The notes beneath the pieces were generated by a model that worked only from the letters and a program-made list of their open reading frames with translations, searched no databases and had not been told where the DNA came from. Shown here piece by piece: positions 25,297 through 36,901 of a stretch of 64,000 nt of DNA (positions within the stretch are counted from its first letter, which is position 1; each line of letters starts with the position of its first letter). The position numbers and the translations under genes were made by a program. Source of the stretch: Octopus bimaculoides (Eukaryota); contig NC_068988.1 in the NCBI RefSeq assembly GCF_001194135.2, positions 54,710,533-54,774,532 of the forward strand, read 5' to 3'.

Positions 25297-26549
25297 GTGT
25301 GTTTGTAAGTGTATATTTTTATTATTTCTTTTTTGCTTCATTTTAGTATTAGTCTGTAAATTTCAAGTTAAATATTGTATGTGTATACATGTGTCTGACT
25401 GTAAATTTGTATAGTGGTATGTATATTGATGAAACTATCGTTTTATGTTATAGTAGTAATATGTCTGTCTGTTATGATGCGTACAATAGTGTTAGTGTAT
25501 TTTATGTCATAATATACCTTATGTGTATGGGTTTGCCCAGAATTTTTTTTTTTTAAATAAGATAGCAGTGTGAAGTGGGAGCAAGGCTTCTGACCTTTTC
25601 AATTTCTCAGAAGCTGACGACATTGATGTGGTTGATGTTCAGCTTGAACGTCTGTGAAGTTGGTGTCTGGTGCAGCAGAAAAATAGCAAAACACGAGTGG
25701 GAAGAAAATGAGCGTGTTTGTTTCTGTGTCATTGCACTTTGGTTTGCAAATGCATAATTTTTAGCTATGCTTAGTAATTGCATAATAGTCGTACTTGTGT
25801 GTTTGTGTGCATATGTGCGTGTTAAATGGAACTAGGGAAATGCTAGTTAATGCAACCTGTTTAAATCCTGCTGACCTCTCAGAGCTGGAAATAAAGGGAG
25901 ATAATGCATAACAACTCTTTAGCACTAACTTTATATAGTTTGTAGGTTACAGTAATAAAAACATCGTATCGCCTTATGTATATATCTTTATGTTTGTGAG
26001 TGTGTGTGTGTGTTTGCTGCTACTACAAACATCATAAGTACTGCTGCAGTCAATGTTCTTGTAACTATTACTGTTGAATAAACTTGATATCTTTAATGGT
26101 TTATTAAATTAACCGTAGCGTAACATAATTCAAGCATTAACATACACTCTCACAAACATACACGCCTATTCACACACACACAGTATTTAAAATTTCTTAA
26201 TTTTCGTTTTTTTTAATATTCACTTCATTTTAGCATTAGTTTATTATTGTATGTGTATACATTTGTGTGTGTACGTTTTTTTTTTTTTTAAGTATAGTTG
26301 AATACAAAATCCAAAATTAATTGAAGGATCACTCAATGTATTTCAATAGAGACTCATATTTCTTTTTTACAAGGAAAGAGTTGATTTTAATCTTTTGCTA
26401 CTCATTTACTTCTGACTGTCTGACAAAGCCAACAACCAGTGAAACTTCGAAGTCACTGTGAACATTTTCCTAGTAAGAAAATGTGTGTATAGCTCGTATG
26501 TATATATGAATATGTGCATGTACATATATGTGTGTACATAATATTATCC

Positions 26550-26632
<83 letters not shown>

Positions 26633-26689
26633 ATATATATGAGTATATACACACACATGTGTATGTGTGCACACATACATATATTTCAT

Positions 26690-26895
26690 TCATCATCATC
26701 ACCACCATCACCATTTAAATTCATTTTCCATACTGGCATGGTTTGGATAGTTTGACAGGATCCAACAAGCCATAGGGCTATGCCATGCTTTAATGTCAGC
26801 TTTGGCATAGTTTCTACAACTGGATACCCTTTCTAATGGCAACCACTTGACAGTGTACTGGGTGCTTTTTTTCATGCCACCAGAACTAGTGAGGT
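26690..26895 (-). mobile_element. RTE 3' UTR fragment
   Basis: catcatc...ttttccatactggcatggtttgga...gtttctacaactggatacccttt...gggtgctttt. Confidence 0.7.
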
Positions 26896-28446
26896 TTTCA
26901 ACTAACTTGCAAGACTGGGAAAGAGCAAAGAAAGTGTAATATTGCAAGGTTAGCTTTAATCCTGTTTCACTGAAGTCCATTCAACCCACTCTTGTGTTGG
27001 TGCTGTAAAAGATTCCACTCAATACACTTTATAAGGTGGTCAGTATTAAGAAGGGCATCCTGCTGTAGAGATCTAGCCAAATGATATGTATGGGAAACAA
27101 TTGTAAGGCACAGTGGCTTTCTGTAAGAAACAGCTTGGATCATGATGATTGGTCCAAACCATGATGACTAGTCTATGGAAAGAGGATATGAAATGATGTT
27201 GATGTATGCATACCTATACACACACCACTTATCCACACATGCATGCACAGGTATTTTCAACTGATTCCTTATACTAATTGTAGATTATATATGTATGTAT
27301 GTATGTATGTATGCGTGTGTGTTTATGTATGTGCATACTATTATTAGTGGAAAATAATCCTGAACAATAGCAATACTTTCTGCCTAAGTACAATGCATGT
27401 ATTGTAAAGCTGTTTTTTTTTTACCTTCTCTGTATTGTCAATTGTATTGATCTTCTATTGTCTTATTGGTATTTTATATATTAATAGAGTTGATAGGATT
27501 TTAAAGCAGAACCACATAACGTAGAATAACACATCACACAAATAAGGCTTCCTGAAACATCATCAACCCAGTCTGTTTATTCTGAGACTTTAAATAATAG
27601 CAATAATGATGATAATAATGGTAATACAAAAAGAATAAGCATTTAGTCTGTTGAATTGATCACAGTATATGACTGGTTTATATTTTAGTAGACAGAGGAA
27701 TGAAAAACAAATGTCATCTTTGATGGGATTTAAATTCAGAATATAGAGAGATGAAACTAAATACTTTTGAGAATTTATCCAAGCCCGTAGTATTTCTGCC
27801 ATCTCCACAACCATCATGATTATAATAATAGCAGCAGCAGCCTTTTGAGTTAAAGAGGCAGTCAATGGCTTGTTAAAAACCATTAACTTAACATAACCAT
27901 TTTGCCTCAACAAAACTATTTAGAGTGAGTGACAGATAAGTTGACTCTATGGATGGGAAATTCATCCATGGAGTTTAAAATCTTGCAAATGTCTCCATGT
28001 TATGGATTCCTTTCTCTCCAGTTAAGGTGACTCCTTGTGAGGGAGACAATTAACATTTACTACATTTTACGTTCAATGGCTTTAGTTTAGATTTCAAACT
28101 CTACTGAGATTGAATCAACCATGTTCGCTATTTGTTGCTATTCATATAGTCAACTGGATTAAAGTATTGAGAAGGGAGAGAAGTCAATCTCTGAATGGGT
28201 TTGATATTGTGTGATTTTCTTCCCATGAGGTGTATACTTGTAGAGGGTTATCTATTTCTCCATAAATCAAGGTATTTTTACAACTTGTTAGTTTCTTCTG
28301 ACATGTATAGTCTCATTTGCTTTTATTCTGCTTGATGTTTTTATATGATGGTTTCAAATGCTTGGTTGAGTAGATGGAAAAAGTTAAATGTGAGAATCAA
28401 TGTGTATTGTACCTTACTAGCATACATAGCAATATTTTAATGTTCT

Positions 28447-28659
28447 AAGGCTGTGAACTGGCTGAATCATTAGCACACCGGGCAAAATGCTTAGCAGTAT
28501 TTTGTCTGTCTTTAAATTCGGTGTTCAAATTCCACCAAGGTCAAATTTGTTTTTCATCCTTTCAGGTTCAATAGAATACATACCAGTTAAACACTGGAGT
28601 CGATGTAAGCTACTTACCCCTCCCCCTGAACTTGCTGGCCTTGTGCCAAAATTTCAAAC
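28447..28659 (+). mobile_element. SINE family B (tail c) with imperfect 17-bp TSD, just upstream of exon E
   Basis: caatat(t/g)ttaatg(t/c)tct at 28430-28446 and 28660-28676. Confidence 0.8.
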
Positions 28660-28700
28660 CAATATGTTAATGCTCTGACATTTTTTTTTTTTTTTTGTAG

Positions 28701-28874
28701 GTATGTTCATTATTTCACTGGTCTACTATCCAGTGCAATCAACATCAACAGTGAAGCTCTTTATCTTCACCACATCCTTATCCATGGGGTCCCCAACTTT
28801 GATGGCAAGGGGGGCTGTCGGCCATTTATTAAGGTTTACCAAGGAATGCAGCCTATGTTTACATCAGGAATCTA
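28701..28874 (+). CDS. TNS: Tensin exon E (PTP/C2 junction): [58 protein letters not shown]
   Basis: Poly-T acceptor ending gtag, donor gtaagt; 174 nt, phase 2-2; RYVHYF and GGCRPF motifs. Confidence 0.96.
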
Positions 28875-29714
28875 GTAAGTAATAAACATTCTTTTATACT
28901 AAGTATTTTTCTATAACTGTAAGCATCAAATTTACAAAATACATTCTGATAGAACAAAATGAGCCACCAAATAGCAAATAACCAAACCACTCCACTCGCA
29001 TCAGTCTGTGAGCAGCCCTGTACCATCTATACAGTGTTTGTAGCCTTAATTATGTGTAATGCTTAAGTTAAGAAGACCAAGATATCAAATTGTGTAGACA
29101 TGCTAACTTAAGTGATTATGACAATCTTATCTTTGGGCATGGAAAACCACCATCGTAAAAGGACCATAAAATTACTGTATTCACTAGTTACAGTAACAAA
29201 TTTCATAACTTTCTGAATCATTGAATCAAAAATTTAGTTCTCCTATTTCGTTGTTTTAGTGTTTGAACATTTTGTGCATTTTATTATAATGTACAGTATT
29301 TAATGTCTGAATTGAATTGAGCAAATTTGATCTCCCAAAGTGTAGGCTCTGAACTTGATAACTTTTAAATACGAATCCTTGTGCTTTGCATTAACTTCAT
29401 TGTTCTTGTGTAATTAGCCACATTGATGTTATGGTGTGTCTAGGAAAAGCGCCTTAGTTAGCTGTTGGTTTCTGGAAGTATGAAATTTGTAAAGGGCTGG
29501 GGGAGAAATGTTTGATATACCTTTCAAAGACTGTAACAACACAACATAATACATAGGTTCTGTGAATTTAATTCAAAATGGAAAATGAAGCATTGAATTT
29601 AGTCTTTGACACTCTTCATATGCTTTATCTCCTTTTACAGTCTCTCTCATACCATCTCTGCTTGCACATTCTGGTGTCTTTAATGATATGTCGTTTAACT
29701 TAATTCCATTGCAG

Positions 29715-29917
29715 TACTGTCACTGACAACATGCAGAAGGTGTGGATATCAATATCACCTGGAATACCACTTCGTGGAGATGTCCTCATCAAATGTTATC
29801 ACAAAAAACCTAAGGGAAACCAACGCGAGATAATTTGGCGTTGTCAGTTCCATACCTGTGCTATTTCTGAGAGCAGCTTAGTGTTTAGCAGACAGGAACT
29901 TGATGAAGCTTGTAACG
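29715..29917 (+). CDS. TNS: Tensin exon F (C2 domain): YTVTDNMQKVWISISPGIPLRGDVLIKCYHKKPKGNQREIIWRCQFHTCAISESSLVFSRQELDEACN
   Basis: Acceptor ccattgcag, donor gtaaga; 203 nt, phase 2-1; PTEN-type C2 motifs LRGDVLIKCYH and QFHT. Confidence 0.96.
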
Positions 29918-30054
29918 GTAAGAAATATTTCTTCTCTAACCATCTGATGATTTAAACATTGCATGACTATTAATGTGAAATCTACACTGTTGATTTACTG
30001 TTGTGTATATCAAGATCTGTTTGATCTCACTCCTACATGTAGACCTATTATATT

Positions 30055-30400
30055 CATCATCACCCATCCATCCATCTAATTTTCCATGCTTGTATGGGTC
30101 AAATGGGATTTGTTAAGGCAGATTTTCTATGGCTGGATGCCCTTCCTGTCACCAAACACTCACCTGTTTCCAAGCGTGGTAATATATTCCCATTTGTAAA
30201 CCTGCTTTTCATAGAAGAATGGAATCAACCAACTTTGCTTGTATGGCTATGACGGTCCTTGATAACTATTACATGATATCAGGACAAGGGCACACACACG
30301 ACAAGTTTCTTTAAGTTGCCATATACCAAATCCACTGACAGGGCTTTGGTTGCCTGCATAATGGGACTGAACCCATGACCAAGTGGTACTAGACTAAACA
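30055..30400 (-). mobile_element. SINE family A (A2 tail)
   Basis: Reverse complement of the core (ccaaatccactgacagggctttggtt) and tail. Confidence 0.7.
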
Positions 30401-30699
30401 ACATCAACAAAAGCACCCTAGTGATGTCATTTGGCTCCTTGTTGACTAACTGTGAAAACAAGTTAATATCTCTGCCATGACATCATGGCCATAATAACAC
30501 TATACAGTAATCTACTGTTGAACCAGTTTTATAAATGCCCCTTTCCCTTTCACTCCCACCTTAAACAATAAAGCAGCATCCCTAAATTATTATTTAACTA
30601 CTTCCTCTCTATCAATCACTCTCTTTCTTTCTCTCTGTTGATCTCTCTGTCCACCCCCCCACTCTTTCTTTCTCTCTGTCTGTTCACACATACCCTACC

Positions 30700-30790
<91 letters not shown>

Positions 30791-31182
30791 AGTGTCATGT
30801 TAGGTTTCTGTAGTTTATTCAAATGTTCTCCTCCCACTGAGTAGCTGTGACCAGAATTGGCCTGCCACAGAAATAAATGATAATAGTGATGATGATGATG
30901 ATGATGATGATGGAATAACAACGATAAAAAGATATAACAATAATGCTATTATTATAAAAGAACTTTTCAACTCTGTTCCAATGTATACCCATAGGTGGAT
31001 CTGGAAGTGTTCAGTGTATGCACATGTATGATGTCTTTGTAGTATATACAAATGTTCGACTATATACACACATATGAGAATAAGCTGGTGCTCATATATA
31101 GACACACATATTCATACATGTGTTTACATTTATACACACGTTATATTTTTGTATAGAGACACGTATAAACATATAAATTTAT

Positions 31183-31224
<42 letters not shown>

Positions 31225-31857
31225 TAAATATTTTTATATACACTCATGCTCACACACACAAACATACAGTAACACACACTCACACAGTAACACATACACA
31301 CATACAGTAACCCACACAGTAAATGTTAAGCAGAAGCTTGCATCTATTTTGATCTTAAACATCATATCTTTTCCTCCTACTCTCTCTTTTATCTTCTCTT
31401 TCTCTGTCTCTCTCTCTCTCTCTCACTTTCTCTGCCTATATTTTTCTTCTAGTTTCCTACTTTTCTTTCCCCATCTGTTTTCAGACAACCCTTCCCACCC
31501 CCACTCTACTTTCAACCTTTACACATATATCACAATCTCATACACAAGCATTCACATGCAGATGCACCTACACATCTTCCCTGTATATGTTTGTACACAC
31601 CTACATATGTTTACATACACACACATGAACGTTCTGTAGTTCTTCAGTTTGTTTTAGCTATAACTACTGTGGCCAGGCTAGAGCATCCCCTATCTCTGTC
31701 TTGTCTTTTTCTTTTTCACCTCCATTCTCTCTCACTCTCTCTCTCTCTTGTGTGAGAGAGAAATAGTGTGAGTCTATGTATTTCTGTCATGTCTCTCTTT
31801 CTGTTTTCATCCTTTTCACTTCTACAGCATCTTTCTCACTTGTATAGCCTCTTTCTC

Positions 31858-31900
<43 letters not shown>

Positions 31901-32239
31901 GACACACACACACAAACACACTTGTCTGTGTGGTACCTTTCTCTTTACGTCTCTCTCTGCCTCTCTCTCTCCTCTATCTTTTTGTTGTCTTTCATGACTT
32001 AATAAATATTCTATGTCAACTGTATCCCTAATTTAGAGAGAACGGACAAGAGAGAGCAGGAAAAGTGGTACCCCACAGCCCTTTTATGCTGCTCAGACTA
32101 TAATTTTACAATGTTAAAATCTTCATAGATAGAGGACCCACCTATTCAGGGAGGTAGTTTCATAGGGAAGCAGTCTGAGATATCAGGATCTTCTAAAAGA
32201 GGTTGGTTTGCTTATTGATGGTCATCTACCAACGTTGCC

Positions 32240-32570
32240 TTCCTGGCACTTGTGCCAGTGGGATGTGAAAAGACATTCGAGCGAGATCGTTGCCAGTACC
32301 GCTGGAGTAGCTCCTGTGCAGGTGGCACGTAAAATACACCATTTCGAGCGTGGCCGTTGCTAGTACCTCCTCACTGGCCTTCGTGCCGGTGGCATGTAAA
32401 AGCACCCACTACACTCTCGGAGTGGTTGGCATTAGGAAGGGCATCCAGCTGTAGAAACTCTGCCAAATCAGATTGGAGCCTGGTGTCGCCATCTGGTTCA
32501 CCAACCCTCAGTCAAATCGTCCAACCCATGCTAGCATGGAAAGCGGACATTAAAAGATGATGGTGATCTT
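32240..32570 (+). mobile_element. RTE 3' UTR, young copy with internal repeats
   Basis: CpG-rich; tggcacgtaaaa...cacc motifs; tail gctagcatggaaagcggacattaaaagatgatg. Confidence 0.8.
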
Positions 32571-32644
32571 CATCTTGAATACAGTGTAGAGGGTGGAGAT
32601 ATTTATGTATATAATATCTAGTATGGTAAATGCATTGTCTTTAT

Positions 32645-32968
32645 GAAGGTGTATGGCTTAGTGGTTAGGGTATTCAGCTCACAATCGTCAGGTCATGAGT
32701 TCAATTTCCAGCGATGCATTGTGCCCTTGAGCAAGACAGTTTATTTCATATTGCTTCAGTCAACTCAGCCGGCAAAAATGAGTTGTACCTGAATTTCAAA
32801 GGGTCAGCCTTGTCACGTTGTGTATCATGCTGTATCTCCCTGAGAATTGCATTAAGGGCATGCGTGTCTGTAGAGTGCTTAGCCACTTGCATGTTAATTT
32901 CATGAGCAGGCTGTTCCATTGATCGGATCAACTGGAACCCTTATCATCATAACCATCAGAGTGCCAGT
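32645..32968 (+). mobile_element. Near full-length SINE family D
   Basis: tRNA-like head (ggcttagtggttagg...gagttcaattt) and long tail ...gagcaggctgttccattgatcggatcaactggaaccc; tail also present reversed at 16205-16380. Confidence 0.8.
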
Positions 32969-32984
32969 AAATGCAGTGTCTTTA

Positions 32985-33198
32985 ACTATTTAACATATTA
33001 GCTGCCCATATCCAGCCCAAATATTCTACCTGTTTTATGACCAAACTGGCGAGATCTGGCTTTTCGCACCTACCTTGTGATGCCAATCCAAAAAATAACA
33101 TCATCAAAATCTCATAGTTATGAGATAATGAATGATTGATTCAAAACAATGTGAATGAATAAACATATTTGACAGAGTAATCCAAATGCTAAGGGGTT
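32985..33198 (-). mobile_element. Decayed piggyBac-like MITE, same family as 55094
   Basis: Reverse-orientation match (ccagcccaaatattctacctgtttt...ccaaatgctaaggggttga). Confidence 0.6.
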
Positions 33199-33824
33199 GA
33201 ATAAATGTTTCAGAGTTGTTTGTGTGATAATAATTTATTGTGTACACAGTTTGACTCAAGCCAGAGTCAAGAAGCCTGAGTTTATCTAAATTTCCAAGAC
33301 ATTTAGGCTAAGAATACAAGTCTCTCCAATCCTTGAATTTAAGGGTCAGCACTATCTGTAGGTGTCCCTGTTACCTACTTTTAGCTGGGTCTACTGGAAC
33401 AATGTAAAGTGAAGTGCCTTGCTCAAGGATAAAATACACTATCTGGTGCAAGAATTGAACTTATAACATTACGTTTGTGAATCCAACATCCCAACTATTG
33501 GGCCATGTGTCTTCACTGTGTGTGTACAACTAGATTAAATTGAAACTGGGAATCTTTATTTCTAAACTAATTTAAGATCCAGTTTGGGAAGTACATATCC
33601 AGGATTAAGACACTTGTTGATAATCAGAGATCAAAATGATTGAAACATAGCTTAGATATAAATACTTACTTTTCATTTCCAAAGTATATGTACATATAAG
33701 TGTTAAAACTTTTTTTTTCATCTATGAATAATTATAATCTCATATTCTGTTATATGCATTAGGAATTGTATTCTCAAGTATTGAATATATTTTAGCCTTC
33801 AGTAATAATTTTTGAGATATCATC

Positions 33825-34435
33825 ATCATCATTTAACGTTCGTTTTCTGTGCTGGCATGGGTTGGACGGTTTGACTGAGGTCTGGAGAGCCATTGGCTGC
33901 ACCAGGCTCCAATCTAATCTGGCAATGTTTCTACAGCTGGATGCCCTCCCTAACACCAACCACTCCGAGAGTGTAGTGGGTACTTTTTACATGCCACCAG
34001 CACAGGAGCCAGTTAGGCAGGCATGGTATCAATCATGTTCGGAAAGTACTTTTTACGTGCCACCAGCATGGGAGCCAGCCATATGGCTTTGGGTTCAGTC
34101 CCCACTGTGTGGCATCTTGGACAAGTGTATTCTTCTGTAGTGGACCAACCATAACTTTGTGAGTGAATTTGGTAGATGATAACTAAAAGAAGCCTTGTGT
34201 TTGTGTGTGTGTTTGTGCGCGTGTGTGCGTGTTTATGTCCCCTTTCCTTGACCTGTCATACAAGCAGTATTTATTCCCAATATTCCACAAAAACATGTCT
34301 GGCCATGAGGAAATATTACCTTGGTTGGAAACAGCTGAGGGTTGAAGATAGGTAGGGCATCCAGCCACAGACAATTTGCCTCAGTAAACTCTGACCAACC
34401 CATGCACACATTGGAAAAATGGACATTAAAATAAC
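33825..34435. mobile_element. RTE 3' UTR (-, 33825-34077) abutting a 5'-truncated family A SINE (+, 34078-34435)
   Basis: Both match their families; direct junction at ggagccagcc|atatggctttgggttcagtcccac. Confidence 0.75.
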
Positions 34436-36231
34436 AGTGAATTACCTTTTTCTTAACGCCCACTTTACCCAACTGGTTTTGATCATACAAAACTCTTTCC
34501 TAAGGCCAGGTGCTCTTCCTGCCACCTTCAATTGTTTTTAGGTAAGGAGCTATTTCCTCCACTCCTTTGGACAAGAAATTACTCAGACAACGTTTTTGTT
34601 GCAGATTGTAAACAAAAACAATTCTATAGAATGTGGCATTGTCCTTTCACACAGCTTTTTACCATAGCCTCTATAGTAGAGGCTAAAGTAGTAGAAAGCA
34701 TTAACCCATGGTGCAATGCAGTGGGACTGAACCATGTGAACGCAAAGTGAGTTTCTTAACCACACAGCCATGCCAGTGCCTATGACAGAGATTTCTAGAA
34801 CATTCGACTCAGGTTGTCTTGAACAGGTTTCTTCGCTTGCGCCTCTTTGCATCTGCTCAAACTTGGAACTTCTTTTCCTTCTTTCTTTCTTTTTTCTTTT
34901 TTTTTTTCCTCCGATTCTTTTTCTTCTGTTCCCTGCCTTCTCATCTACTTTTACATCCTTCTATCCAACAGAAGTTTATTTACTATCTAATTTGCACCCA
35001 GCCCCTTCCCTCATACACACACACACACACACTCGTCTGCATCCCTCCCCAACAGAAGTTTATTTACTTTCTATCCAGACACACACACTCTCCTACTGGC
35101 CTACCATTCCTGACCTTGCTCTCTTGTTCTACCTCATATCTTTCTCCCCCCTCTCCCCCTCTCTCTCCCATCCTCTCTCTCCCACCCTCTCTCTCCTCAT
35201 CCAGTCCAGTATTCTTCTGATAGAAACACCAATGCTCTGATCTCTGTCTCACATCTCAATCCCCCCTGCCAACCACCANNNNNNNNNNNNNNNNNNNNNN
35301 NNNNNNNNNNNNNNNNNNNNNNNNNNNNNNNNNNNNNNNNNNNNNNNNNNNNNNNNNNNNNNNNNNNNNNNNNNNNNNNNNNNNNNNNNNNNNNNNNNNN
35401 NNNNNNNNNNNNNNNNNNNNNNNNNNNNNNNNNNNNNNNNNNNNNNNNNNNNNNNNNNNNNNNNNNNNNNNNNNNNNNNNNNNNNNNNNNNNNNNNNNNN
35501 NNNNNNNNNNNNNNNNNNNNNNNNNNNNNNNNNNNNNNNNNNNNNNNNNNNNNNNNNNNNNNNNNNNNNNNNNNNNNNNNNNNNNNNNNNNNNNNNNNNN
35601 NNNNNNNNNNNNNNNNNNNNNNNNNNNNNNNNNNNNNNNNNNNNNNNNNNNNNNNNNNNNNNNNNNNNNNNNNNNNNNNNNNNNNNNNNNNNNNNNNNNN
35701 NNNNNNNNNNNNNNNNNNNNNNNNNNNNNNNNNNNNNNNNNNNNNNNNNNNNNNNNNNNNNNNNNNNNNNNNNNNNNNNNNNNNNNNNNNNNNNNNNNNN
35801 NNNNNNNNNNNNNNNNNNNNNNNNNNNNNNNNNNNNNNNNNNNNNNNNNNNNNNNNNNNNNNNNNNNNNNNNNNNNNNNNNNNNNNNNNNNNNNNNNNNN
35901 NNNNNNNNNNNNNNNNNNNNNNNNNNNNNNNNNNNNNNNNNNNNNNNNNNNNNNNNNNNNNNNNNNNNNNNNNNNNNNNNNNNNNNNNNNNNNNNNNNNN
36001 NNNNNNNNNNNNNNNNNNNNNNAAATCAAGAACAAACATAAGCAAAAAATATGATCTTCATATTCTGATACCATAACAACCAGCTACCTCGCAAATATTG
36101 CTATCATCATCATCATCATCATTATTATTACTACTACTACTACTACTACTACTACATATATATGTATATAAACATAGATACATATATATATATATGATAT
36201 TTATAATTTTTTAAATATATTTTCCAACCAG

Positions 36232-36300
36232 ACCCAAGATTTCCTGACAATGGTAAAGTTGAATTTGTATTTAGCAGGGATGCTGATGGACTCGTTAAAG
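36232..36300 (+). CDS. TNS: Tensin exon G (end of C2): DPRFPDNGKVEFVFSRDADGLVK
   Basis: Acceptor tttccaaccag, donor gtaagc; 69 nt, phase 1-1; RFP..GKVEFVFS motif. Confidence 0.94.
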
Positions 36301-36365
36301 GTAAGCTATAGCTCATAGTGTTCTTTGTATTTGCATGAAGATGTGCTGTTTTGATTCATGAGTTT

Positions 36366-36417
<52 letters not shown>

Positions 36418-36806
36418 ATATGTATGCTGCTGTGTCTGTATTGATGGTTGTGTAAGTGCTGATATACATATTCTTTTATGTGTTTCTTTTATTCTTTTAC
36501 ACGTTTCAGTCCTAAGGTGTGGCCACACTGGAGCACTGCCAGTAAAACATGTGCCCCAATGCATTTATGTTTTATATATTATTATTATTATTATAAACTG
36601 TTGATGACATCAGATAGCCAAATACTGTGAATGGGCTTTAAACAGCATGTGTATACCTGAATGTAAAAAATATTTATACAAACACACACACACATAGAGT
36701 AAACTCCTTCCTATCTGACACCAGTAGGACTGGAGAGTTTCTGGATAACTGAATTTTATGCATCACTTTTTAAATTACCATAGAACATAACAAAATTCAT
36801 TAAAAC

Positions 36807-36901
<95 letters not shown>

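Noticed and set aside
25611-25657. Coding-looking EADDIDVVDVQLERL* after a good acceptor
   Set aside because: It needs phase 1 but the D-E intron is phase 2, where it reads AGC TGA immediately.
29641-29714. Upstream alternative acceptor for exon F (ttttacag)
   Set aside because: Adds 74 nt and an in-frame TAA; no support.
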